Shown: positions 29,564-41,902, counted from the first letter of the stretch. The stretch is 64,000 nt of DNA from an uncultured Rivularia sp. (GCA_963665115.1 OY762007.1:8608001-8672000); one strand, 5' to 3'. A program made the numbers and translations. The notes: generated from the letters alone by a model not told the origin.

Positions 29564-31001
29564 ATGCACTCTTGGATTACCATTGTCACATTCGCATTTT
29601 TTCTAGTAGTTTTCTTATGGATTGGCGCTCTTGCAGCCAAATTCTCTAGTAAGACGGAAGGTGATTACTTATTAGGAAACCGTTCCTTTGGAAAGTTCTT
29701 TTTAGGACTAAGCACGGGTGCCACAGTTAATAGCGGATGGATTATGGTGGGGGCAGTAGGAACGGCTTATACAATGGGAATGTCAGCCCTATTGATGATT
29801 TTCCCCTTATTTTTGGGAGAGCTTACTTTTTGGATTTTATTTCCGGATAAAGTTAACCAAATATCCGTCGAACAAGATGTGCAAACCGTTCCAGAATTCC
29901 TTGGAGCTACCGTCAAAGCTCCTAGCAAACAAAGGGCGATCGCACTGGTTGTGGCTTTAATTAGCGTCGTGTTTATCGGTGCTTTGACTGCTGCCCAGTT
30001 TTCTGCTGCTGCCAAAACATTGGATATCTTTTTTGGAGTTAACCGCAATATTGGCACAATTATCGCTGCAAGCTGCATTCTGCCTTACTGCGTTAGTGGA
30101 GGACTCCGAGCATCCATTTGGACGGATGTTGTGCAGGCTTTTATCGTGATGATTATTTGCTTTGGAATACTACCCGTAGCATTAATCGCAGGGGGTGGGA
30201 TTTCAGAAGTTTTTTCCCAACTCAATACCATAAATCCGCAATTAACAAGTCTGACCACAGGATTTACCAACCTGACGTTACTTACTTATGGACTCGGATG
30301 GTTTGCTTTTGGTTTTGCTTCCAATCTTAGTAAGCCTCAAGTGTTAGTAAGATTGTTAGCAGGGAGAAGTCCGCAAGAAGCGAAACAAGCTGGTTGGGTG
30401 TATCTGGCTTACGAGTATTCGACTTGGATTGCAATGGTCTTGTTTGGCATGGTTTGCCGAGTTTTAATCCCTAACCTTGACGACCCCCGAACAAGCTTTA
30501 CCTACTTATGCGGCACAAAATTTCAATCCGATGCTAATTGGCATTATTTTAGCTGGTATTTTCTCCGCGATTGCCTCAACTGCCGATTCTTTACTCTTGG
30601 TTTGTTCGAGTGCCTTAGCTAGAGATATTTCTCCTAATTTGTATCGGAAAATGTCTCGAAGATATGGTGTTAAATACGAGCAAGCCATGACGCTTCTGTT
30701 TGGAATTTTAGCCGTACCTGTGGCGATATTTATCTCCAGCACTGTGTTCTCCTTGGTTCTTTTTTCTGGAGGTGCTTTAGGAGGTTCTCTTGGTCCGGCA
30801 ATGCTGATTGCTTTACTTAAAAGACCTACTCATTATATTGCTTTGAATAGCATGATGTTAGGAGGATTGGCGACAACTATTATCTGGAGAATTTTAGGAT
30901 ACAATCAAATTCTCAACGAGGTTTTCCCAGGATTTATTATGGCTTTATTAATACACGAGATATTGATACGCACGGTTTGTAAAAGGATGGCATCTTATTG
31001 A
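29564..31001 (+). CDS. Second sodium:solute symporter (PutP-like); frameshift at ~30484
   Basis: Paralog of 13051-14469. Removing one C from CCCCC restores DDPEQALP. Confidence 0.88.
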
Positions 31002-31122
31002 AAATTAGCCATAAAAAGTAGTTTTTCAACACTTTATTAATCGAAATAATCAATCTTATTAGCTTGATTATTCTTATCCCTTAGAAGTCAGATTTTTAGT
31101 TAAAGAGGAGCAGCCAAATCAA

Positions 31123-32943
31123 ATGTTTACCATACATCAATTAGTTGAACAACAGGCAAATCTTACACCATCTGCTATTGCTTTAGTTGGCGAAGATAAA
31201 CAGCTAACCTATCACCAACTTAATAGTAAAGCAAACCAACTCGCTAACCATTTACGTTCATTGGGAGTTAAAAAAGAAACTCTAGTAGGAATTTACGTTG
31301 AGCGTAGCTTAGAAACAGTGGTCGGAATGTTAGGAGTGCTTAAAGCAGGAGGTGCTTACGTCACAATAGATAATTCATATCCGCCTGAATATTTGCAATA
31401 CGTACTTTTAGATACGAAGTTATCTGTATTGCTAACTCAAGACAAACTTGTAGAATCAATTCCAGACCATGAAGGACATATCATTCGCTTGGATAAAGAT
31501 TGGCAAGAAATAGCAAAACAATCTGAAACGACTCCTGCAAATATCGTAGAACCAAACAATCTGGCTTATATTACCTATACTTCTGGTACAACTGGCGGAC
31601 CTAAAGGGGTAATGCTTACTCATCAAGGCGTATGCCAATGCTGGCGTTGGTTTCAAGATAGTTTCCCTTTAAACCAGAACGATAAGGTTATGCTAAAAAC
31701 TGGTCTTGGCATTGACATTTCTAGCAGATGGGAGTCTTTTTGGCCGCTAATGAGTGGGGCTTGCGTCGTTGTAGCTAAACCCGACGGTCATAAAGACAAC
31801 GCTTACTTGGTTGAGTTAATAAAACGAGAGCAAATTACCATGCTCTATTTCATTCCAACCATACTGCGGCTATTTTTGGATGAACCAGGGGTAGAGACTT
31901 GCACCAGTCTTAAAAGAGTATTTTGTGGTGGCGGAGCTTTACATTTTACGCTAAAAGAAAACTTTTTCGGACGCTTGAGCAACTGCGAATTAATCGAAGT
32001 ATATGGCTCTTCTGAAAGTATTTTAGCGAGTTACTGGCATTGCAAACCCGGAGGCAACTTAGAAGATGATTCTCTGACTCGTGCGATTCCTGGTGTATCG
32101 ATGTATATTTTAAACGAGCAATTGGAATGGGTAAAACCAGGAGAAACAGGCGAAATCTACATAGGGAGCGAGTTTGTTGGTAGAGGATATCTTAATCGCC
32201 CTCAACTAAATGCAGAACGTTTTATCTCCAATCCCTTTGTTAACGATACTTACCCACAACTTTATCGAAGCAAAGACCTAGCTCGTTTGCTTCCTAACGG
32301 AATTTTTAAGCTGATCGGACGTTTGGATAGGATGGTGAAAGTAAGCGGCTATAGCATTGAAGTAGAGGAGGTAGAGGCTAAACTAAACGAACACCCGAAA
32401 GTGAAACAAGCAGCGATCGCCGTTTCTAAAGATATATCTGGCGATAACAACTTACTTGCCTACGTTGTATCTGAAGAACTTCAGCAGGAATCAGCAGTAC
32501 AAATGGCTGCTCAATTGCGGAATTTTCTCCATACTAAACTACCCGAATACATGATTCCCTCATCGTTTATTTGTTTAGAGCAATTTCCGTTACTACCGAA
32601 TGGTAAAATTGATGCAGAATCATTACCAAAACCCGACGTACTTCGACCAGCTTTGGCGCAAGAATTTGTTGCCCCTCGCAATTCTATTGAAGAAGAATTG
32701 GCTAAATTATGGGTTAAAGTTTTGAAAGTTGAGCCAATCGGTGTATACGATAATTTTTACGAGCTTGGAGGTCAGTCCTTACGAGGAATGCGTTTACTTG
32801 CCCGAGTTCGGAATTTCTTTAAAGTTGATTTTCCAATCTGCAAATTTTTAGAAGAGCCAACAGTAGCGGGGATGGCTAAGACAATTGAAAGTAGCTTGAA
32901 CTCAGATCGAATCAAAATTGAGTGCAGCGCTGCGAAAAACTAG
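31123..32943 (+). CDS. Stand-alone NRPS adenylation-thiolation (A-T) didomain
   Basis: A1 LTYHQL, A2 LKAGGAYV, A3 AYITYTSGTTGGPKG, A10 NGKID; PCP 'DNFYELGGQSL'. No C or TE domain. Confidence 0.92.
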   Translation: MFTIHQLVEQQANLTPSAIALVGEDKQLTYHQLNSKANQLANHLRSLGVKKETLVGIYVERSLETVVGMLGVLKAGGAYVTIDNSYPPEYLQYVLLDTKLSVLLTQDKLVESIPDHEGHIIRLDKDWQEIAKQSETTPANIVEPNNLAYITYTSGTTGGPKGVMLTHQGVCQCWRWFQDSFPLNQNDKVMLKTGLGIDISSRWESFWPLMSGACVVVAKPDGHKDNAYLVELIKREQITMLYFIPTILRLFLDEPGVETCTSLKRVFCGGGALHFTLKENFFGRLSNCELIEVYGSSESILASYWHCKPGGNLEDDSLTRAIPGVSMYILNEQLEWVKPGETGEIYIGSEFVGRGYLNRPQLNAERFISNPFVNDTYPQLYRSKDLARLLPNGIFKLIGRLDRMVKVSGYSIEVEEVEAKLNEHPKVKQAAIAVSKDISGDNNLLAYVVSEELQQESAVQMAAQLRNFLHTKLPEYMIPSSFICLEQFPLLPNGKIDAESLPKPDVLRPALAQEFVAPRNSIEEELAKLWVKVLKVEPIGVYDNFYELGGQSLRGMRLLARVRNFFKVDFPICKFLEEPTVAGMAKTIESSLNSDRIKIECSAAKN

Positions 32944-33000
32944 GTGATAGAAAAGCGATTACTAATCTTTGAATAACAATAACATAGAGGAAATTGAATT

Positions 33001-33639
33001 ATGGTTTTACGCATAGGAGATAAAGTTCCTAATTTCACTCAAGCTTCTACTCAAGGAGAAATTAATTTTTATGAATGGGTAGGAGACAACTGGGTCATAC
33101 TTTTCTCTCATCCAGCAGACTTTACCCCAGTTTGTACTACTGAATTAGGTTGGGTTGCCAAATTAAAACCCGAATTTGAACGTAGAGGAGTAAAGACATT
33201 AGGTCTTTCCATTGATGAATTAGACGACCACGAATTATGGATTGAAGATATCAACGAAACCCAGAAGACTACAATCAATTATCCCATTTTGGCAGATAGC
33301 GACCGCTCTGTTGCTACTCTATACGACATGATTCATCCTAATGCCGATACTACTCTGACCGTCCGTTCCGTATTCATAATAGATCCGCAAAAAAAACTTC
33401 GACTCACCTTGACTTACCCTGCAAGTACAGGACGTAGTTTTGAAGAAATACTTCGCACAATTGACTCATTGCAACTGTATGACCGTCATCAAGTTGCTAC
33501 TCCAGTAGAATGGAAAGATGGTGGTGACTGTATCATTGCTAACTGGGGTAAAGATGCTGAAGAATTGAAAAAAGACTTTCCCAAAGGATATCAACAAGTC
33601 AAGAGTTATTTCCTCCTCACCCCTCAACCAGATAAGTAG
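33001..33639 (+). CDS. 1-Cys peroxiredoxin (Prx6)
   Basis: 'FSHPADFTPVCTTELG', 'YPASTGR', 'VATPVEW'. Confidence 0.93.
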   Translation: MVLRIGDKVPNFTQASTQGEINFYEWVGDNWVILFSHPADFTPVCTTELGWVAKLKPEFERRGVKTLGLSIDELDDHELWIEDINETQKTTINYPILADSDRSVATLYDMIHPNADTTLTVRSVFIIDPQKKLRLTLTYPASTGRSFEEILRTIDSLQLYDRHQVATPVEWKDGGDCIIANWGKDAEELKKDFPKGYQQVKSYFLLTPQPDK

Positions 33640-33672
33640 CAATTGTTAGTTAGAACTTTGCTACGTTGATGG

Positions 33673-33765
33673 CAATACTGCTCGGTTAAGGAAATTAGGC
33701 AGGGCTGAAACCATTGGTTTTTCGTTGTTTATGGTGTTTAAAAAGTGCTTAACCGAGTAGTATTG
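33673..33765. mobile_element. MITE with 18-bp TIRs and a ~10-bp target duplication
   Basis: CAATACTGCTCGGTTAAG...CTTAACCGAGTAGTATTG, flanked by acgttgatgg / acgttgatgc. Confidence 0.8.
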
Positions 33766-34013
33766 ACGTTGATGCGATATTGATATGTCTAAATAAGAAG
33801 CCAAGTCTTTGCAAGGTAAAAGAAAATAGTGGTGAACTTGGCTTCTTGAGGCAGATTTTTGTCAAAATTACCACCTAACTCCAAAAATTAAAAAATTACA
33901 TTTTGGAATTGTTGAAAAATTCAGCAAGTAAATATAAGCTGCAATCTGCTGTAAGTAAGTTCGCAGCTTATGATTGATTAGTCCTATTAGATACAAGAGC
34001 AGCACCCCCGTGT

Positions 34014-34082
34014 TGGGATATTTTTATGTCTCTTGTTGACACCACTCGCAAGTTGGGTATCAGTTTTTTTGAATATATCCGC
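34014..34082 (+). pseudogene. Tiny C-terminal transposase remnant (IS66-like)
   Basis: Translates to WDIFMSLVDTTRKLGISFFEYIR, resembling cyanobacterial IS66-type transposase C-termini (from memory). Confidence 0.5.
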
Positions 34083-34139
34083 AGTTTATTTATATTATAG
34101 TTACGTCTGATGATAACAGTGAATCTGCTTGAACCTGAT

Positions 34140-37100
34140 TCATCTTTGACAACTAAGAGAAATAGTCCGACTTTGGTTATTATCAGCAACAAATTCAATA
34201 TCACCATCTTGATTTACAATCCATCCGGTAGCTTCTTTGATTTTAGAGGGGGAAGAGGAGCCACTGCGTTGCTCCCGTTCCCTCCGTTGTAGCAAGTGGC
34301 GTGGGGAGGAGGGGGGAGAGGAGGTAGAAGTTGTATTTCTTAAGTCTTGTAGAACAATTTCGTTTTGTAATACTTGTCTGGAATTTTGAGGAATTCCACC
34401 TCTTCCGGATGTCACAAAACGAGCTTCTTCGTCAGTGGGGCAACCTGCGGTAATTCTATCGGAAGTATCGGTTAAGTTTTCTGGAAGTTCGATTAAACCG
34501 GATGTGATATCTAATTCTTGCAGATTTAAATCGAAATCACCATCAATTCCAAATTCGGAACTTGCTGTAATATCGCTTTGGGGAGTTGTTTGTTCTCGAA
34601 ATGTGATTCCAAATATTCCGGGTGTTGTGATATCAATATTTCCACCATTACCTTGAAATGCATTAGCGTTAATATCGCTGTTTTCTTGAGGTACAGCAAC
34701 AACTAAACCGCCATTTATTGTAATATTACCACCGTTACCACCACCGCTAATTTCGGTTCCGGCTTGAGTCGATATTGTACTGTTATTGCGTAATAAAAGT
34801 AAATCTGCAATCGTTAGATTAATATTCCCACCAACACCTACAACACTTTGAGCAGTAATTGAACTATTATCTAAGAATAAACTTAAAGCTTCAATACCAA
34901 TATCCCCAGCATTTCCCACACCTTCACCACTTACAGAAACTGCTGCGCGATCGACAATATTAAAATCTCCAGTTTTAACTGTAATATCTCCCCCGTCTCC
35001 CGAAGCGTTTTCAAATGAAGTTGCAAATAATCCAGATGTAATACCAAGTTCTGAAGGATCGATTAAATCAATTGAATCCGATACATTTACATTTAAATTT
35101 CCAGCTTTCCCTGCATCAAAGGTGGTAGTTAAAACTTGTGCGCCTCCTTTGGCAATTAATTGACGCGCTGTTAAAGTAATATTACCAGAAGGTTGTTGGG
35201 TAAAAGTTCCGGTACCTAATAAAGAATTATCAATTTCTAAAATATCGGAAGCATTAACGGTGATATTTCCTCCTGCTCCCTGATTCAAAGTAGTTGTAGC
35301 AATCAAACCACCATTTGAAGCTTTGAAGTTGGGAGTATTGATTAAAATATTTCCTGAATCACCAACTCCATCGGAAGCGGTAACGATACCATTATCAAAA
35401 TTATCAAGCGTTAAACTATTTTCATTTCCATCAAAAGCTGGAGTAATAATATTTTGTTGTAATTTTTCAAATCCCCCACCAATAACTTCTACAGATTCGG
35501 AAGCATTGATATTAATATTTCCTCCTTTTTGAGGAGTTGTTGTAGAAGCATTAATTCTACCGTTTTTTAATTGCAGAGTGTGGGTATTAATATCAATCAA
35601 ACCTCCAACACCATTATTAATAGTAGCGGTAGAAATTTCTCCCCCCGAATTGATAGAAATGTTATCGCTATTAATTTTGATAATTCCTGCATTACCAGTT
35701 CTAAAAGAAGTAGCGCTAATACCATTTAAAGAAATATTATTGCCGTTAAAAGGTACATTTTCGGCTCCACCACCAATAATATCGATGGAATTAGCTTTAA
35801 TATTCAATATTCCTCCATTTCCTTGACCAATGCTATTTGTAGTTACAGAGGAATTTTCACCCACACTTAATTCTTTTACTGACATTGTAAAGTTACCAGC
35901 ATCTCCCTTACCAAAAGTAGTTGTAGCCAAAAGTCCACCATCTCTGACACTAATGCTCCCGCCTTCTAAATTTAAATTTCCTGCATTCCCATCGAAAGTT
36001 GCCGTACTAATATTAGCTTTACCACGAACAAATATTTCTCGGGCATTAACGGTTATATCTCCTCCCTTACCAGCCAAAGGTAAAGTTGTAATTACCGCTC
36101 CATCTTTTACAACCAAACTTCCTGTATTAATAGTTAAATCTCCAGATTTTCCCAGTGGTGCTGAGCGAGGATTGATAGTTGCACCGCTTGTAAAGATAAA
36201 GTCTCCCAGACTACTAGGCACAAAAGCTTCTGGGCGATCGCCAATTACTTCTACAAATTCTGTTGCATTAATAGTTAAATTTCCACCACCATTAAGATTA
36301 TTACCAGCAGTAGTAACTATACCCGAGTAATTGCGGAAAACTTCTGGAAGTTCTGCATCTTTAATAACTCTTACTCCCAAAGCATTTATGGTTAAATCTC
36401 CTGCATTTGCATTACCAAAAATTCCCGTGAAATTAACCTCACCATCGCGAAGTGCTATATCAGAATCAGCATTATCTGTTCTAGCATGAATTTCGCCGTT
36501 GCGGACTATTACATTATCTTTCGCTTGTACTAGAATATCTCCCCCTGTAGCATTTTGCACCGTCCCTACTTCAGCAATCGATTCATCTCTAGTTAAAGTA
36601 ATTATTGAAGAATTTTCAATTAAAACAGATTTACCAGTTAAATTAATACCTTTTGCTTCCCCATCCCCATTAATTCGATTGAGTATTCTCACATCATCAG
36701 CAAGCAAAGTTTCACCACTAGTGAGAGTTAATTCTCCCGGTTTCATAGCCACGGAAACTGACATCACCTAACAGAGTAACTTCCCCCGGTGCTTCTAAAG
36801 TTAAATTACCCGCAGCATCAAAGGTAATATCTCCTCCTTGATTTAAAGCGTTAGCTAAAACAAAGTTTGTCGAAACGATATTTCCATTACTGCTATTAAT
36901 ATTAATATCCCCAGCTTTATCGCTACCTGGCTGAGTGGGAATTGGAACAAAATCACCTACGACTAAAGCTAAATTGGCATCATTTAAAAAACCACTGACT
37001 GTAAATCCTGTGGTAACATCACCAATGGCAGAAAGATTAATATTTCCTCCATTACCGTTGGGATTTCCGGTTATAATTGCTCCGAAAGCTGTATTTATTT

Positions 37101-38157
37101 GACTTGTATTTCCAAAGCTTCCCGAAACAACGTCAACATCTCCACCATTAGTAATTATCGAAGATTGGGGATTCATCCTAAATTCAGCAATTCCCGTATC
37201 TCTTTCAGCAGGTAAAGCATTTTCATCATTAATCTTAGCCTTGAAACTACCGCCAGTTAAGAATATATTTCGATTTTCGCCAATAGTGAGCGATCGCCCT
37301 GCTTCCAATGTTAAATTATTTGCTGCAATTCCGGTAATATCGTCATCAACGGTAATATCGTTATTAGCTTGCAAAATCACATTATTTACAGCCAAAGTTT
37401 GACTTATATCATCACCGCTTAAATTCCCACCTTCTTCAATTAAAATATTTTTCGGATCGATTAACAAAGTTCCAACTTCACCATTCAAACCACGAGTATC
37501 AACATTCCCCGTTAAATTAATATCATCTCCCGAAAGTTCAACTTTACCACCAGGAGCAATCAAGCTACCTTGATGATTAACCTTTCCACCTAAAAGCGTT
37601 AACTTCTGGTTTTCACCTACTTTCAAAATCCCTCGATTCTCAATCTCGCTTTCGGGATTAATTTTTCCATATTGCAAACCGGGAGTCAGATTTATCTTTA
37701 ATAAAGGTGTTTGATTCGGATTTGCAGCGCTAAATTCATAATTATCAATAAAAATACTTTCTGCGGTAGTTGCGCTAAATGAACCGGATATATCCAAAAA
37801 AGCATCTTTACCAAAAATAATTCCCTTGGGATTAACTAAAAATAGATTTGCATTTCCGTTAACTCCCAAAGTACCGAAAATCTTTGATGCATTGCTTCCC
37901 GTCACCCTTGTGAGAATATTTGTAATATTGTCGGGGTTGCTGAAATAAACTTTTTGATTCGAGTTGACGTTAAATTCCTTGAAACTGTGAAAAAGATTAT
38001 TATTGCGAATTGCACCTCCTTCAATTAAATCTCTATCCACAGAAGGATTTACTGTAGAACTTTCCTTACCCAAACTATCGTCGGGAACTAACTGAGCCTT
38101 TACAGAAAACATCGGGAAAGTAAATAGGAGAAGAATCAAAGAAATGCATATTCTCAT
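34140..38157 (-). CDS. Filamentous haemagglutinin-like (TPS-domain) exoprotein 1; frameshift at ~36737
   Basis: Signal peptide, 'NLFHSFKEFNV', 'NILTRVTG', 'LFLVNPKGI', G/N-rich beta-helix repeats, 'ITASSEFG', 'GRGGIP'. Confidence 0.88.
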
Positions 38158-38260
38158 ATGAAAATTTTTATGCTCTTGATGAAATTAGTCAAGTTGTTAT
38201 ACCTCAATATCACTTTTATGACTTTAGTTCAACTGAAAAGTTAGTTTGATAACAAATGTT

Positions 38261-38287
38261 AAAAGTAAGAAAAGTAAGAAAAGTATG
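38261..38287 (+). promoter_or_regulatory. Putative operator: three 9-bp direct repeats (weaker triplet at 38472-38498)
   Basis: aaaagtaag-aaaagtaag-aaaagtatg. Confidence 0.55.
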
Positions 38288-38990
38288 TTTAATAAGAATA
38301 GAGCCGTAATTTATCGAAAATAATTAAAAGTAGAAGTAGAAATTTTAGAAAAAACCCGTATTTCTAAACCAGGAGTATATAATCTTGCGAAAACTATGAA
38401 GTACTATCCAGATAGCATTACGCATCCCCACTAAAGTATGAAAATAAACTTTGAAAATATTTTCTTCATCCAAAAGTCATAAAAGTGAGACAAGTAAGAA
38501 ATAACTATAACTCTTATACATCAACTTTTCCGACATTATTTTTCAGGTATTCTTCATCAAATCTTTATGGTTATGGTCTGTATTTTTGCGTATATTATGA
38601 ATGTATAAATAACATGAAATTGAGTTAGTATTTGACAGCAGTAAGCAGCATAATATTTGCTGTTTATTTGGATTATTATGAAAAATATTTACTATCAGGC
38701 ATTCTCGACAAGAGATTTGGTAATAGTAAAAAATCATCATTTAAAATCTTAAACTCAATGTTAAAGGCGTTGTTAATGATTTTATTCTGAAAACAATTTA
38801 ATTCAAATAGCTGTACAAATAATTCTTTTCTTGATTATTCATATTGCTGCTATAACCAATCTAAGAAAAAGTTTGTCTTTGATTTGAATGCAGCAGAATA
38901 CTTAATTTTTGGTTGGCTAAATATTGATTTTAGGCTGCTGCTAAAACAGCGGTGCGGCTTTTTCATGGGTAATTAATAGTAACTAAAAAA

Positions 38991-41902
38991 ATGTCGCAAG
39001 ATTCAAGTTTGCCTGTAGTTAATTTTAGCGTTGATAAAACCACGATCGTTGAAGGTGGAGAAGCACAGATTCTCACTTTCAACCTCAGCGAGCCAGCACC
39101 GAGTGGTGGTTTGGTTGTGAATATCCGAGTTGACGATCCAGATGGAGATCCGGGAGCAGGAGATACAACTTTTCCACCGGAATTTATCAGTAATATCACA
39201 GATTTTGGACAGGTTGAAGAAAACGGGATTACTACCGCTAGTGTGACAATTGCCGAAGGAAGCTCAGAAGCGACTTTTGGAATTGTAGCTTTTGAAGATG
39301 ATTTGGTTGAAGTCGGGGAAACTTATTCGTTTACTCTGCTCGAAGACGAGAATTACATAGTCGATTCAGCTTCTACTACGATTACTACTAGCATTGAGGA
39401 CTTTATGAAACCTACAGTAAGCATCACTCCAGAAACAATAAGTTCCACAGAAGGAAATACATTCGCTTGGAAATTCACATTAGATAAACCAGTCCCCCGT
39501 CGGGTGGATTAACTCTCTCATTACCAATTACTCAGAATAACGATCCAGCACCAGGGGATGTAAATTATTTTGTCGATGGTAGTACTGGTATTACCGATTT
39601 TAGTTTCCTTGTTGGAGATGACGTATCTCTAGGATTTACCGTTACTTTAGCTGAAGGTGTAACAGAAGCAATATTAGTTTCAGAAGCTGTTGCTGATGGT
39701 GTTGCAGAAAGCGACGAAATTTTCACCACTGTTTTAGCTGACGGGAAAGATTACACTGCAAATCCTGACAGCAATCAAGTTACTACCGTCATCAGCGATG
39801 AAACTATAGTTACTTTCACCCCCGAACAAGTTAGCGTTGCAGAAGGAAATACCTTTGCTTGGAATTTCAGTTTAAATAAACCCGCTCCTGCTGGTGGATT
39901 AACTCTGAATTTACCAATTACTCAAAATAACGATCCAGCAGCCGGAGATGTTGACTATAACGTAGATGGTAGTAGTAATATTTCCGATTTTGGTTTCTTG
40001 ACTCAAGATGATGTATCCCTTGGTTTTAGCATTACTATTGCTGAAGGTGAAACCGAAGCGAAGTTAGTTTCCCAAGCTGTTACTGATGGTATTGCAGAAG
40101 GTGACGAAATTTTCACCACTGTTTTAGCTGATGGGGAGAATTACAGAGCTAATCCTTTAAATAGTGAAGTTGTAACAACTATTAGTGATACCTCAACTGA
40201 TTTACCAACACTAGCGATTAGTGCAGAGCCAACAAACGTAAACGAAGGAGAACAACTCAAATTCAATTTTGAGTTAACAGAAGCTGCTCCAAGTGGTGGT
40301 TTAACAGTCAATCTCGATTTAGTAGAAGATACAGATCCATTACCGGGAGATATTACCTACTTTGTTGACGGAAGCGAGAATGTAACCGACTTTGAATTAC
40401 TAGTTAACGACGACACCGGATTAATTGACGGAGCAACCGTAACTATCGCAGAAGGTGCGACAAGTGCAACTTTGTTAAATGATATTATCGCCGATAATAA
40501 TACCGAAGGATTAGAAAGCGTTAAATTTGGTTTAGCGAGTGGTGATTACAGCATTGATTCTCAAGATAATGCTGCTAGTTTTACGATTGTTGATACCTCA
40601 ACCGATTTACCAACCCTCAGTTTAAGTGCAGAACCGAATCAAGTAAACGAAGGAGAACAGCTTAAATTCAACTTTGAATTAACAGAAGCTGCTCCAAGTG
40701 GTGGTTTAACAGTCAATCTTGATTTAGTAGAAGATACAGATCCATTACCAGGAGATATCACCTACGAAGTTGAAGGAAGCGAGAATATCACCGGCTTTGA
40801 ATTATTAGTTGACGAAGACACCGGATTAATTGACGGAGCAACCGTAACTATCGCAGAAGGTGCGACAAGTGCAACTTTGTTAAATGATATTATCGCCGAT
40901 AATAATACCGAAGGATTAGAAAGCGTTAAATTTGGTTTAGCGAGTGGTGATTACAGCATTGATTCTCAAGATAATGCTGCTAGTTTTACGATTGTTGATA
41001 CCTCAACCGATTTACCAACCCTCAGTTTAAGTGCAGAACCGAATCAAGTAAACGAAGGAGAACAGCTTAAATTCAACTTTGAATTAACAGAAGCTGCTCC
41101 AAGTGGTGGTTTAACAGTCAATCTTGATTTAGTAGAAGATACAGATCCATTACCAGGAGATATCACCTACGAAGTTGAAGGAAGCGAGAATATCACCGGC
41201 TTTGAATTATTAGTTGACGAAGACACCGGATTAATTGACGGAGCAACCGTAACTATCGCAGAAGGTGCGACAAGTGCGACTTTGTTAAATGATATTATCG
41301 CCGATAATAATACCGAAGGATTAGAAAGCGTTAAATTTGGTTTAGCGAATGGTGATTACAGCATTGATTCGGAAGATAACGCTGCTAGCTTTACTATTGT
41401 TGATACATCCCTATCTAACGAAATATCTGGAACCACAGGAGATGATAATCTCTACGGTACCAATGCATCTGAAATAATTAGCGGTGGTAGAGGTGACGAT
41501 AATATTTCCGGTAACGGTGGAGGAGACACCTTAATTGGTGGTAGAGGTGACGACGATATTTACGGTAGTTTTGAAGCTGATGAAATAAGCGGTGGTAGAG
41601 GTGACGACTTTATCTTTGGTAACGGTGGTAATGATTTAATTGACTCCGGTATGGGATTCGATACCGTATTCCTTGGTGCCCAAGAAGCTACCGTAATCTT
41701 AGATAAAGGACAAGGTTTCGATACTATTTTCAACTTCCAATTAGGTGCAACTAAGTTTGAAGTAAGTAGTTTGGATAATCTTAGCTTTACTGATGGTGAT
41801 TCAGGTGCTGAAATCTTCTTAGAAGGTGACAAACTCGCAGTAGTTGCAGGACAATCTGCAAATACATTTAGCAGCAGTCAAGATATGATTTTTGCGGTGT
41901 AA
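38991..41902 (+). CDS. Acidic surface protein with six Calx-beta/Ig-like repeats and C-terminal RTX Ca-binding repeats; frameshift at ~39495-39505
   Basis: The frame of ORF 39998-41902 is open back to ~39505 and continues the first ORF (KPVPVGGLTLSLP). GGRGDD nonapeptides near the C-terminus. Confidence 0.8.
40187..41401 (+). repeat. Three tandem 405-bp intragenic repeats
   Basis: Units start at 40187, 40592 and 40997; units 2 and 3 are nearly identical. Confidence 0.92.

Noticed and set aside
13051..32943. Identification as the cylindrospermopsin, saxitoxin, guanitoxin or barbamide cluster
   Set aside because: Only single families overlap. There is no PKS, amidinotransferase, multimodular NRPS or kinase.
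33001..33639. Peroxiredoxin as a definite BGC member
   Set aside because: It is only 57 bp downstream of the A-T gene and may be co-transcribed, but it is a common housekeeping family and nothing else links it to the pathway.
40187..41401. Long repeats as a CRISPR array
   Set aside because: They are 405-bp in-frame coding repeats with no unique spacers and no cas genes.
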